DNA from: Candidatus Bathyarchaeota archaeon | GTDB lineage: Archaea > Thermoproteota > Bathyarchaeia > Bathyarchaeales > Bathycorpusculaceae | Direction of reading: 5' to 3' | DNA length: 64,000 bases | NCBI GenBank assembly: GCA_963775685.1 | Contig: CAVZJV010000001.1 | Span: 1 to 64,000 of the forward strand | Shown here: positions 10,433 through 20,066 of the stretch, piece by piece | Position numbering within the stretch: position 1 is the stretch's first letter | How the letters are laid out: every line of letters begins with the position of its first letter | Position numbers and translations under genes: made by a program | The notes under the pieces: generated by a model | What the model saw: only the letters and a program-made list of their open reading frames with translations | Database searches by the model: none | What the model was told of the DNA's origin: nothing

Positions 10433-12103
10433 GAGACTGTGTGAAAAGTCTGCTTTAACTTGCTTAGAATGCCGTTAACCTTAAATCTAGACACATAGCA
10501 ATGACTGACAAAGACTTAAAGGTGAGACAATGGACAACGAAGCCAACAGCTACGCAGATGGCTTGTCTAGAAACCAAACTTTCCTATTGCCAAAAACCAT
10601 AGAAGAGTACGTTACAACAGACAACCCAATCAGATTCATAGACGCATACATAAACTCGCTAGACATGGAAAAGTTAGGCTTCACACACTCAACACCACAA
10701 GACCTTGGGAGACCATCCTACAACCCAAAAGACCTCGCTAAACTCTACCTCTACGGAGGCCTAAACCATATCCGATCCAGCAGAAAACTAGAACGTGAAT
10801 GCAAAACAAACCTTGAAGCCATGTGGCTGCTAAGAGGCTTAGCGCCTGACTTTAAAACAATAGCAGACTTTAGAAAAGACAACCCAGCTGCCATAGGTGC
10901 CTTATTCAAGGCATTCGTAACTTTCTTACAAGAGCTTTGCCTCTATGGCGCACAGCAAGTGACCGTAGACGGCACTAAACTCAAGGCGGTAAATTCTCAA
11001 TATAAAGCCTTTAACCAGAAATCGCTTGCCATAAGAATAAAGCGCATGGAAAAGTCAGTGAAGCACTATCTAGAAGAGTTGGATGCTGTAGATGAGCAGG
11101 AAGCAGTTGATGAGCAAAAAGTTGCTAGCGAAGTAGGTGATCAGGCTAAAGCTTGCCAGGTGAATAAGCTTGCAGCTCTACTTGAGAAGAAGGAGAAATT
11201 TGAGAGAATTCTTGAGGGAACGGAACAGTCGGGTCAAAGAGAGATTGCGCTTACAGATTCTGAGTGCAGGCTTATGAAGAACCATGGCAGGATTGAGCCT
11301 TGCTATAATGTTGAGGCAGCAGTTGATGCAAAAAACCATCTTATCGTTGATTACAAGGTGACTACTTCTGCTTCGGATCTGAATCAGCTTAGCTCAGTTG
11401 CCATAGGTGCTAAGGAAACACTCGGAGTCGAGCATATTGATGCTATTGGAGATAAAGGCTTTTTTGATTTTATGCAGATTAAACAATGTGTCGATAATGG
11501 GGTTATTCCTTATGTTGCGGTGAAGAAGTCGGGAAGTGGCGGAAGTGCTGTCTTGCCTGCGTTTACTGCTGACAAATTCATCTATAATAAGAGTTCTGAT
11601 GTGTATATTTGCCCAGCTGGGCAGCGTCTTGTCTTTGGCTATTCGACTGTACGCGAAGGTATGGATATGCGAGTCTACAAGTGCCAGAGGGCTGTTTGCT
11701 CTTTATGCAGGTTTTTTATGGCTGGGTGTACGAGTAATAGATGTGGACGGGCAATTTGGCGGTGGGTTCATGAGGCTGTTGTTGACCAGATGCGGGAGAG
11801 GGTTAGGTTGCATCCTGAGGTTATGGATGAGCGAAGAAAGGTAGCGGAGCATCCGTTTGGTACATTTAAGAGGGCGTTTGGGGCTCCATATTTGCTGCTT
11901 AAGGGTCTTAGAAAGGTTAGTGGGGAAGTTGGTTTGCTTATGGTTGCTTATAATTTGAGGAGAGCTTTGAACATTCTTGGGGGTTAAGGCTTTAATTGGT
12001 GCGCTTGTTAAAAAATAGAATAAGAGAAGGGTAAAATCAAAGAAGAGAATTGAGGTGTTTTCAAGCTTTTCAACCTTGGTTGCGTGATTTTTTACACGGT
12101 CTC
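10433..12103 (+). mobile_element. IS1182-family insertion sequence
   Basis: Imperfect terminal IRs GAGACTGTGTGAAAAGTC (10433-10450) and reverse complement GAGACCGTGTAAAAAATC (12086-12103), 15/18 match, enclosing the transposase; no clear target duplication. Confidence 0.88.
10530..11987 (+). CDS. IS1182-family DDE transposase
   Basis: GRPSYNP, SSRKLE, PDFKTIADFR, VDGTK, GDKGF, YICPAG, AEHPFGTFK motifs; last codons probably shifted in a G run. Confidence 0.92.
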   Translation: MDNEANSYADGLSRNQTFLLPKTIEEYVTTDNPIRFIDAYINSLDMEKLGFTHSTPQDLGRPSYNPKDLAKLYLYGGLNHIRSSRKLERECKTNLEAMWLLRGLAPDFKTIADFRKDNPAAIGALFKAFVTFLQELCLYGAQQVTVDGTKLKAVNSQYKAFNQKSLAIRIKRMEKSVKHYLEELDAVDEQEAVDEQKVASEVGDQAKACQVNKLAALLEKKEKFERILEGTEQSGQREIALTDSECRLMKNHGRIEPCYNVEAAVDAKNHLIVDYKVTTSASDLNQLSSVAIGAKETLGVEHIDAIGDKGFFDFMQIKQCVDNGVIPYVAVKKSGSGGSAVLPAFTADKFIYNKSSDVYICPAGQRLVFGYSTVREGMDMRVYKCQRAVCSLCRFFMAGCTSNRCGRAIWRWVHEAVVDQMRERVRLHPEVMDERRKVAEHPFGTFKRAFGAPYLLLKGLRKVSGEVGLLMVAYNLRRALNILGG

Positions 12104-12175
12104 AAACCTTGACTTGGGCTATTCAGGAAGCGTTTACTGTAAGCTTTTTATCGCAAACCCTTCCACAGTTAAAGT

Positions 12176-12611
12176 ATGAGACTTCTAACAAAAACATCCT
12201 TCTACAACTTGCAGTTTTAGCAGTCTTAGGCGCCTTAGTATTTGCTTCTTTGTCTAATGGTTTAGCTCAAAGCGGCATAAACGAAAATGGTTTAATTGCC
12301 TCTGACGCTGTTTGGACAAAAGCTGGTAGCCCATACAGCCTCACGGGTCCTGTCGCCATAAACGAAGGCGTAACACTAACGGTGGAACCTGGAGCAACCA
12401 TAACCTGAATAATTACTATATATGAGTAAACGAAACCTTAAATGCAATAGGAAACCCGACTAACAAAATAACATTTCACCTAGTCCAATTCCTACTGTTC
12501 CAGAGTTTTCATGGCTAATATTCTGCCTTTATTTGTATCTGTGCGCTTTATTGTGGTAAAGATAAGGAACCAAAAGTCCCGTAACTTACCTCAGAAAACC
12601 TTCCCCGAATA
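12176..12611 (+). pseudogene. Decayed secreted/surface protein remnant with PEF-CTERM-like tail
   Basis: Signal peptide, WTKAGSPY...GVTLTVEPG, frameshifts, in-frame TGA (YYI*VNETL), then directly VPEFSWLI-hydrophobic-basic tail, i.e. a large internal deletion. Confidence 0.65.
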
Positions 12612-12756
12612 AGCGTATATAAACCATCAAGTTTAAATGCTTGCCAAAGCGCCTAAAAAATCCGGTTTTTCCTTGTTTTTGCCTCCGTTTGAGGAAGACG
12701 GTTTTTATAGATGTATGAAGTATTGGGTTGGGCAAGAGAAGAGGGGAAAAACCTAG

Positions 12757-13416
12757 TTGACCCTTATAGTTGACGATGCAGGCAGCGGCGATTTGCTTTA
12801 TGGAGTTGTAGTCGGCGCTTACCATGAACCATCAGGCGAATTCAAATATGACCTTATCGATGTCAGATTCTACCAGGACATCTTCCGCGAAAAAGAGTAC
12901 CTGCAAGAATCCAGCCGCGTCGTATCCAAACTCGTTTCGCGTTTCACCTTGGCTCCTGATGAAGAAATCCACATTTGCCAAGGTTGCATCTTTGACGTTG
13001 CCGCAGAGGAACTTCAGAAAGTTTACGGCGAAGACCGTGTAAAACGTGTACGCGTCGTCGGCGAAACCCAAAGGCTCGTGGAAATCGCCTACTTAGACGA
13101 AATCCGAAACTTAGGCTACGAACCTCTCGTTGAGCGGGAAGAGAAAAGGGGCAAAAGCTTCTTTCACATGATGCGTTGGCTAAAAGACAACCCAGAGATG
13201 CTTCGTTACGCTAAGACTGGCTGGCCAAGGCTGAAGAACTACCAGATGTTCAAGCAATTCCATTCACAACCAGCCATCTTCAAAGTAGTATGTAGCGAAT
13301 GTGGAACGGTGTGCGAAGTGCCCTTCAAGCCTAAAGCTGACAAACCCGTATATTGCCGCAAATGTTGGTCAAATCATAAACCTTCTCTCAGAAAAGATAA
13401 ATCAGTAAAACATTAG
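12757..13416 (+). CDS. RNase H-like fold protein fused to a CxxC-x17-CxxC zinc ribbon
   Basis: IVDDAGSG.L.GVVVG resembles the RNase HII start; C-terminal CSEC-x17-CRKC with VPFKP. Confidence 0.7.
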   Translation: MTLIVDDAGSGDLLYGVVVGAYHEPSGEFKYDLIDVRFYQDIFREKEYLQESSRVVSKLVSRFTLAPDEEIHICQGCIFDVAAEELQKVYGEDRVKRVRVVGETQRLVEIAYLDEIRNLGYEPLVEREEKRGKSFFHMMRWLKDNPEMLRYAKTGWPRLKNYQMFKQFHSQPAIFKVVCSECGTVCEVPFKPKADKPVYCRKCWSNHKPSLRKDKSVKH

Positions 13417-13420
13417 AAAT

Positions 13421-13747
13421 TTGGTAATAAAAATGAATGTAATTTTCGATTTTAACTCAAATTGGTATGTTCTCCTATTCGCTTTCCTCGCAGCATGGGC
13501 CATTCTGTTCGTTGTTCGGCGCAAGTGGATAGCAAAGCAGGAGATTAAACAACAGGTTTTCTTAGCTTTCGGTGGTATGTGCTCACTGGCTCTTATGGAG
13601 TTTTTCGCCGTATCCACTGGTTTATGGAATTACACGCCAGGCAACTGGCCAGTGATTCTTTGGCCTACCTACTTTGTAGCAATATTGTTTGGCTATCAAC
13701 TGCTCCGCTCAATCGAAAGCTTATTCCCCCACAGGTCCGTCATGTAA
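13421..13747 (+). CDS. Hypothetical three-TM membrane protein
   Basis: Hydrophobic segments, E.FAV.TGLWNY motif. Confidence 0.7.
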   Translation: MVIKMNVIFDFNSNWYVLLFAFLAAWAILFVVRRKWIAKQEIKQQVFLAFGGMCSLALMEFFAVSTGLWNYTPGNWPVILWPTYFVAILFGYQLLRSIESLFPHRSVM

Positions 13748-13865
13748 TTTTTTTTAACTATATGAAACAATCCAGTAATAATTGGAGCCTGCAATGTCAA
13801 GCGGCTACTTTGGCTTGAACGCTTAAATACTGATTTTGCCAATGGTTTAGTGGTCGTGTTTTAGT

Positions 13866-14381
13866 TTGGCTTCTAAGAGCAGACACGGTGCTCATGGAGA
13901 TGTTGTTTGGTATGGCAAGCCTTGGATTGTTTCAGCCGCCATCATCCGAACCGTTGCCATAATCGTAGTTGCGATCATTTTTTTCTGGCTTGAACTCTTC
14001 TCAGCCGTTGCCTCCGATGGCTTGGTTGGTTTGCCAGTTTGGACGTGGACGTTTTTGGCGTTTGGATTAATTTGGCTTGTCAGCATGCTTGAACTTGTGG
14101 TTTTTCGGGCAGCCAACACTTACATCTTGCGGCAGGATGGCTTGGAGATTAAACATGGCATTATCGGGTTGCATTCGTTTGTGGTTACGCCTTCGGGTTT
14201 TGGAGACTTATCGGTTTACCAATCTGTGGGCGGTAGAATCTTTGGTTATGGCGAGGTAACGGTTAATTCTCAGGGTGACCGGGAAACCAAACTGAGGCTT
14301 GTTCGGTCGCCTTTCACGGCTGCAGATAAGATGCGAGATATTATGGGTAAACCCATTGTTCGTTTGGAAAATCGTGTTTAG
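13866..14381 (+). CDS. Membrane-anchored bacterial PH (bPH_2) domain protein
   Basis: Two TMs then HGII and QS..GRIFGYGEV motif. Confidence 0.75.
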   Translation: MASKSRHGAHGDVVWYGKPWIVSAAIIRTVAIIVVAIIFFWLELFSAVASDGLVGLPVWTWTFLAFGLIWLVSMLELVVFRAANTYILRQDGLEIKHGIIGLHSFVVTPSGFGDLSVYQSVGGRIFGYGEVTVNSQGDRETKLRLVRSPFTAADKMRDIMGKPIVRLENRV

Positions 14382-14600
14382 ACTTTTTCCTGCTCGGAAA
14401 CCAGCACGCCTAACGCTGGTGATAACAACAGCCAATATGTTCAGTTTTGCTTAATATTACTGCACGTTTAATCTGAAATTCTATTAAATGCCTAGTGTTT
14501 GCAGAGTTTTTCTTAAAAGTTATGAACATTTCTCAAATCCCTTTAAATCCCGCCTTGCACAATCAACTATCAGAGCATAACAAAATATGGAGGAAATGGT

Positions 14601-14723
14601 TTGTTGGATTTAGCGATTCAAGCATTAGCGTGTGTAGGCTTGTTTGCCTTGCCCTTTATATTTATGGGGTACGTCCGGTCCCGTGTTCGCCACGCCCTAA
14701 GAGCAGTAAGCAAGGAGGCATAA
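14601..14723 (+). CDS. Micro-ORF, 40-aa single-TM protein (MLDLAIQALACVGLFALPFIFMGYVRSRVRHALRAVSKEA)
   Basis: GGAGG 7 nt before TTG, TTTAAA box at ~14542, TM helix followed by basic residues. Confidence 0.6.
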   Translation: MLDLAIQALACVGLFALPFIFMGYVRSRVRHALRAVSKEA

Positions 14724-14725
14724 GC

Positions 14726-14830
14726 ATGTACAGCACAATAGTCCTTGATTGCCAAACCAAAACAGCCACCCCCTGCTCCCACAGCTGCATTGCTTACAAA
14801 ACCTGCCACGCCCACAGCACCAAGCATTAA
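14726..14830 (+). CDS. Micro-ORF, 34-aa Cys/His-rich peptide (MYSTIVLDCQTKTATPCSHSCIAYKTCHAHSTKH)
   Basis: GGAGG upstream, ATG 2 nt after the previous stop; 4 Cys + 4 His. Confidence 0.55.
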   Translation: MYSTIVLDCQTKTATPCSHSCIAYKTCHAHSTKH

Positions 14831-14911
14831 GGTCGTATATACTTGCATGTTACATAGCCTTATAAGCCAAAATCACTGATGCACCAAGCCCCAATGGAGG
14901 CGAAAAAAAAA

Positions 14912-15037
14912 GTGTTGAGTAGAGACTGCGACGGCTGCACCCTACTGCACATGTGTAGTGAAAGGTACAGGCGCGTTGGCAAAGACGAAAAAGTTTACTG
15001 TCCAGACGGAACAGCACACCTAGTAGACCAAAACTAA
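14912..15037 (+). CDS. Micro-ORF, 41-aa Cys4-His protein (MLSRDCDGCTLLHMCSERYRRVGKDEKVYCPDGTAHLVDQN)
   Basis: TTATAAG box ~14860, GGAGG, GTG start (in-frame ATG at 14894), T-rich terminator after; paralog at 41498-41671. Confidence 0.8.
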   Translation: MLSRDCDGCTLLHMCSERYRRVGKDEKVYCPDGTAHLVDQN

Positions 15038-15120
15038 AACCCCCTTTTCTTAATTTTTTGCTGTTTTGGGGGCAAAACAGAAATGCAAGCAACCCGCAAT
15101 TACGCTTTATTGGTGATTAA

Positions 15121-15651
15121 GTGAACAAAGCCGATTTTCTGATGTGGAGCCGCAAATACGACAAGGCGTTTGGTTGGCAAGCGCAGCGGGAACGGGAACT
15201 CGGCGCAAAATTCCGTAAGAACAAGGCTTTGACTTGCAGGGATTTGGCTTGGGTTGTTGAGTGGAAGTTTAAAGGTGACACTGAGCGGCAGGCTCGGAGT
15301 TTAGCGTTAGTGGCTCGAAACGACGAAGCAACAGTCAACAGGCTGACCAGTCAGGCACTGAGCATTCCCGGATCCGAAGACGGCTACCGCATGAACTGCC
15401 TAACGCTGCTCGAAGGAGTCAGCCCCATCTTAGCCAGCATCATTCTCACATTCTTTGACCCCAAAGCCTACTGCATCCTTGACGCCCACACCTGGAAAGC
15501 CCTTCTAGGTAACGTACCCCCAAACATGCAAACAACCCAAAACTACCTAATCTTACTCGCGGTCATCAGAAAAACCGCCGCTAAACAAAACCTCGACGTG
15601 CGAGTGATCGACAAAGCGCTGTTCAAGAAAGGATTCGACGTATCGAGCTAA
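15121..15651 (+). CDS. Hypothetical protein with helix-hairpin-helix-like motif (DNA glycosylase-like fold?)
   Basis: EWKF, L..LEGV.P.LASIIL.FFDP..Y.ILD pattern resembling HhH-GPD core. Confidence 0.55.
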   Translation: MNKADFLMWSRKYDKAFGWQAQRERELGAKFRKNKALTCRDLAWVVEWKFKGDTERQARSLALVARNDEATVNRLTSQALSIPGSEDGYRMNCLTLLEGVSPILASIILTFFDPKAYCILDAHTWKALLGNVPPNMQTTQNYLILLAVIRKTAAKQNLDVRVIDKALFKKGFDVSS

Positions 15652-15866
15652 TTTCGGCTTAAGCTACAAGTTTGCGAAACCTATTTTTTAAGAAGGCAGA
15701 TATTTGGTTATGAAGTTACTTTGGATCAGGTTCGCGAAGAAGAAGCGCTTATGCGGAAAGACCTTAAGTCGATAGAAAAGTCGCTTGACCTATTGCTTGA
15801 ATATTTAGTTTCGCCATCCAACTGCCCGTAGCTTAGAATCCCTCAACTAGTTGAAAGGTTGAAGTA

Positions 15867-16183
15867 GCGATGGACCACTGCGGTTTGACGCCTAGACTCC
15901 GTCTGGAATCTCCAAGCCCTACGCTCTTACCCGCACCCCCTTGAGCGCATAACGTCCAAACTTAGGTTGCTCTCTCCCGAGCCTAGCCAGGTTCATCTGG
16001 GAGACAACGAAGGGACTTCCCTACGGAAGCCACTCATTGACCGCCAGCCCCAAAGGACGGATAGTCACTGGTTCGGAAATGAAGATCCAAGCGGCCTTTG
16101 ACGCCTCATCCGCAGATGTCAGCCCGTCATGTAGAGGATTTACGGTATAATGGACCCCTAACCCACCGCCTAAGATCCATCGC
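15867..16183 (-). ncRNA. ffs: Archaeal signal recognition particle (7S) RNA
   Basis: 317 nt; ends pair (GCGATGGATC...GGTCCATCGC); Alu-like 5' GGCGGTGGGTTAGGGGTCC; helix-8-like CTAGGCTCGGGAGAGAGCAACC. Confidence 0.9.
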
Positions 16184-16242
16184 CGCAGATAGAGAGTTTA
16201 ATCCAACTTTAAAACTTTCCCAGTGACCTTGAAGGATTTTGG

Positions 16243-17049
16243 TTATTTGGCTGTTTTTGCTGCTGCCTTGAGTGCCTTCGCAGTTTCTTGCAGTTGTTTT
16301 AGCACGTGAGCGTTGTTTTTTTGAAGGATGTTGATGAAGGCGCTTCCAACGATTGCCGCATCTGCTCCTGCTTGGATTATGCGTTTTACGTGTTCAGGCT
16401 TAGAGATACCAAAGCCGACAGCTAAAGGTATTTTATCCGAAGTGAAGGATTTAACATGTTTGATTAATTGAACCGTTGAGTCTTCCATGTCTGTTTTGGT
16501 GCCTGTGACTCCATAATGTGAAACGAGATAGAGGAGGCCCGATGAGGAGTCAACTATTCGGGTCAGCCGCTCATTCGTGGTGGAGGGCGCCACCAAAAAA
16601 ATCGTGTCCAACCCATACACTTTTGCGGCTTTCCTGTAATCGCCTGCTTCTTCCACTGGCAAATCGGGAACGATAAAACCATCAACCTTGCATTCTTTAG
16701 CCAAATAGCAAAAGCGATCAAGCCCAATTCTAAACATTGGATTATAGTAGGTCATAACGACAATCGGAACGTTGCGTTTTTGTTTTATCTCTTTAGCTAT
16801 TTCAAGTACTTTTAGCGGTGTTGTTCCTGCAGCTAAAGCTCTGATGCTTGCCGCTTGAATTGTAGGTCCATCAGCGATGGGGTCAGAAAACGGCAGACCC
16901 AACTCAAGAATATCTACACCGCCTTTGATTAGCACGTCAGCAATTTTGGGAGTAGATTCAGGGTTGGGGTCTCCTGCCATAATGTAGCCAATAAGAACGC
17001 CGTTTCCATTCTCTTTTGCATCTTGGAAAATTTTTCTTATACGTATCAT
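16243..17049 (-). CDS. trpA: Tryptophan synthase alpha subunit
   Basis: [34 protein letters not shown]. Confidence 0.95.
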   Translation of the reverse strand: MIRIRKIFQDAKENGNGVLIGYIMAGDPNPESTPKIADVLIKGGVDILELGLPFSDPIADGPTIQAASIRALAAGTTPLKVLEIAKEIKQKRNVPIVVMTYYNPMFRIGLDRFCYLAKECKVDGFIVPDLPVEEAGDYRKAAKVYGLDTIFLVAPSTTNERLTRIVDSSSGLLYLVSHYGVTGTKTDMEDSTVQLIKHVKSFTSDKIPLAVGFGISKPEHVKRIIQAGADAAIVGSAFINILQKNNAHVLKQLQETAKALKAAAKTAK

Positions 17050-18242
17050 ATTTTAGTCCCCATATAGTCTGCGATTGTTTCCACATCTTTGTCTCCACGT
17101 CCAGACAGCGTAACCACAATCGACTGAGTCTGCTTCATCTTAGACGCCAGCTTCATAGCGTATGCTACTGCATGGGAAGACTCTAACGCTGGCAAAATTC
17201 CTTCTTCCTTACAAAGAAATAGGAAAGCGTCAACTGCTTCTCTGTCAGTGGCAGAGGTATATTGTGCTCGTTTGGATATTTTGAGGAAAGAATGTTCGGG
17301 TCCAACCCCTGGGTAATCTAGGCCTGCTGAAACGCTGCTGGTGCTCTGGATTTGCCCGTTGCTGTCTTGGAGAACGTAGGTTAACATACCGTGGAAGACG
17401 CCTTCTGTTCCTGCGCCCAGCGAGGCGGCATGTTTGCCAGTGTTTAGGCCTTCGCCTCCAGCTTCAACGCCATACAAAGCCACTTTTTTATTATCTTCGA
17501 ATGGATAGAATGTGCCGATAGCGTTGCTTCCGCCGCCTACACAGGCCACCAGCGCATCGGGCAATCTGCCTTCTTTCTGTTTAAACTGCTCCTTGATTTC
17601 GTTTCCTATTACGCTCTGGAAATCCCTTACAATCATCGGGTAAGGATGCGGACCCACCACTGATCCAATCAGATAGTAAGTGGTCTCAAGGTTGGTTACC
17701 CAATCGCGGAAAGCTTCGTTTATGGAGTCTTTTAAAGTTTTGGAGCCCGTTTCTACCGGATGCACCTGCGCATTCAGGAGTTTCATCCTAAAAACGTTAA
17801 GCCGTTGCCGTTCACAATCTTCTGTACCCATGTAAACTTCTGCCTGCAAACCTAAAGCAGCACAAGCAATAGCAGTAGCTACTCCATGTTGACCTGCCCC
17901 AGTCTCTGCTATGATACGCGTTTTGCCCATTCGTTTGGCAAGCAACGCTTGTCCAATGGTGTTGTTTATTTTATGTGCTCCACCGTGGGCTAAATCTTCT
18001 CGCTTAAGGTAGATTTTCCCTCCGCCAAGTTTCCGCGATAAGTTTTCAGCGAAGTAGAGAGGTGTAGGTCTGCCTACGAATTCAGACAAGTAATAATCCA
18101 GTTGCTTTTGGAATTCGGGGTCTTTTCGGCATTTTTCATAAGCCCCTTCAAGTTCACTGATAGCGTCCATTAAGACCTCAGGGACAAAGCGTCCACCGAA
18201 CTTGCCAAATTTCCCGTGCACAGGGTAGCTGCCTAGTTTCAT
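17046..18242 (-). CDS. trpB: Tryptophan synthase beta subunit (TrpB1 type)
   Basis: [38 protein letters not shown]. Confidence 0.97.
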   Translation of the reverse strand: MKLGSYPVHGKFGKFGGRFVPEVLMDAISELEGAYEKCRKDPEFQKQLDYYLSEFVGRPTPLYFAENLSRKLGGGKIYLKREDLAHGGAHKINNTIGQALLAKRMGKTRIIAETGAGQHGVATAIACAALGLQAEVYMGTEDCERQRLNVFRMKLLNAQVHPVETGSKTLKDSINEAFRDWVTNLETTYYLIGSVVGPHPYPMIVRDFQSVIGNEIKEQFKQKEGRLPDALVACVGGGSNAIGTFYPFEDNKKVALYGVEAGGEGLNTGKHAASLGAGTEGVFHGMLTYVLQDSNGQIQSTSSVSAGLDYPGVGPEHSFLKISKRAQYTSATDREAVDAFLFLCKEEGILPALESSHAVAYAMKLASKMKQTQSIVVTLSGRGDKDVETIADYMGTKI

Positions 18243-19015
18243 GCTTCTACAAACTCCTCGACTTTTTCTTTAACGTTATCACTTAACATAATGCTTGACC
18301 CGATAAGGAAAGCATCCGCGCCGCAGCTTTGTAGGAACTGCAGGTCGGCTTTTGTTTTGATACCGCTTTCGCTAATGATTGTTTTGCCGTTTTTAGGGTT
18401 TTTGTCCAGAATATATTTCGTGGTGTTTAGGTCAATTTTTAGGGATGAGAGGTTGCGGTTGTTGATTCCTAAGAGGTCAGCGTCGGTTTCTAACGCTAAC
18501 TTGAATTCATTCTCCGTGTGGGTTTCCAGCAAAACCTCAAGTCCTTTCGAATGAGCAAACGCTATAGTTTTATCCATGCTCATTTCGCAGCATCCTTTTT
18601 CAAAAAGCGCCTCAATCAGTAACACGGCATCTGCTCCAATCTGTTCAGCAACATCTATTTGGTCTGCAACAATGATTATGTCTTTCATGAGTATTGGTAA
18701 TTTTACGGCTTCTCGTGCTTGCATAAGTGTTGCCAGGGAGCCGTGGAAGTGTTTAGGCTCTGTTAAAACCGAAATGCCGACCGCGCCGCCTTTTTCCATG
18801 GCTATAGCAATTTCCTGTAAGTTCATTTGGCTTCTGATTGTTCCAAGAGATGGCGAGGCTGACTTAATCTCTGTTATCACAGTGTTTGTTTTGCACTCTA
18901 AAATTGCCTTTTTTAGACTAACCTTTGGTTTGTTTGTGAACACAGTAGTTTTGTAGTATCCGCTGTCAATTGTCTTTGTCGCGTCCATAGCTAATGTGTC
19001 AAGAAAATCAATCAT
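18239..19015 (-). CDS. trpC: Indole-3-glycerol phosphate synthase
   Basis: [38 protein letters not shown]; likely start MIDFLD at 19015. Confidence 0.93.
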   Translation of the reverse strand: MIDFLDTLAMDATKTIDSGYYKTTVFTNKPKVSLKKAILECKTNTVITEIKSASPSLGTIRSQMNLQEIAIAMEKGGAVGISVLTEPKHFHGSLATLMQAREAVKLPILMKDIIIVADQIDVAEQIGADAVLLIEALFEKGCCEMSMDKTIAFAHSKGLEVLLETHTENEFKLALETDADLLGINNRNLSSLKIDLNTTKYILDKNPKNGKTIISESGIKTKADLQFLQSCGADAFLIGSSIMLSDNVKEKVEEFVEA

Positions 19016-20066
19016 ATTTTTTTTCCAACTCCTCAAGTCTATGTAAACTTCCATTTGACGCTTTAACTAATTCAATTAGTTTATTGTATGCAGCTCCGCT
19101 TGCAATTGATTTTCGGGCGATTTCCATCCCTTCTGCAAAATTTTCTCCTTTCCCGCCCACGATAATTCCTGCAGCACTATTAACAAGCACAATCTCTGTC
19201 TTCGCGTCATCCATGGTTTTACCGCTAAGGATTTTAAAAAGAATTTCAGCGCTTTCTTCTGCCGTGGATGACTGCAAATCACCTACTGATGCTGTTTTTA
19301 CCCCAAAATTGCTTGGAGCCATCTCCAATTTAGCTACAATACCTTTCTTTAAGTGGGCGATGACTGTTTTTCCAACCGTTGAGATCTCATCCAATCCATC
19401 GACGCCGTGGACAACCATCGCTTCAATGCAACCTAACTTCTCAAGCGCAAAAGCCATCGGAACTACCAGTTTAGTGTCATAAACTCCAAGCAATTGAGCA
19501 TTAGCACAAGCTGGGTTGGTTAAAGGTCCGAGGACGTTGAATACCGTACGGATACCAATTTCGCGCCTAGTTTCTGCAGCATACTTCATGGCGGGGTGGA
19601 ATGCTGGAGCAAACATAAAGCCAACTCCGACCTTCTCAATTATGTTTTTGATGGCTTTGGGGTCCAAGGTTAAATTGAGCCCTAGTTTTTCTAGTACATC
19701 AGCGCTTCCGCTTTTGCTGGTCACTGCCCTGTTTCCGTGTTTAGCGACTGAGATACCAGCTCCTGCAATTACGAACGCCGCTGCAGTGCTTACGTTGAAA
19801 GTTTTAATTTTGTCCCCGCCCGTTCCGCAGGTGTCAACTAGGCGTCCACGTACTTTGGGCTGAATCGTGCAGCAATTAGACCGCATAACTGAAGTAAACG
19901 CGATTAATTCTTCGACCACTTCCCCTTTCATTCGCAGGGCGGTTAAAAAAGCAGCAGTTTGGGAACCGGTAGTTTTTCCCGACATAACTTCCCGCATGAT
20001 TTCCTCTGATTCTTCAAAGGACAAGTTGTTACCTTCGATGAGCTTTTGGATGCCATCACGTATCAT
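19008..20066 (-). CDS. trpD: Anthranilate phosphoribosyltransferase
   Basis: DTCGTGGD, FNVST, KHGNRAVTSKSGSAD, GLDE; ATG at 20066 overlaps trpG stop. Confidence 0.95.
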   Translation of the reverse strand: MIRDGIQKLIEGNNLSFEESEEIMREVMSGKTTGSQTAAFLTALRMKGEVVEELIAFTSVMRSNCCTIQPKVRGRLVDTCGTGGDKIKTFNVSTAAAFVIAGAGISVAKHGNRAVTSKSGSADVLEKLGLNLTLDPKAIKNIIEKVGVGFMFAPAFHPAMKYAAETRREIGIRTVFNVLGPLTNPACANAQLLGVYDTKLVVPMAFALEKLGCIEAMVVHGVDGLDEISTVGKTVIAHLKKGIVAKLEMAPSNFGVKTASVGDLQSSTAEESAEILFKILSGKTMDDAKTEIVLVNSAAGIIVGGKGENFAEGMEIARKSIASGAAYNKLIELVKASNGSLHRLEELEKKYD

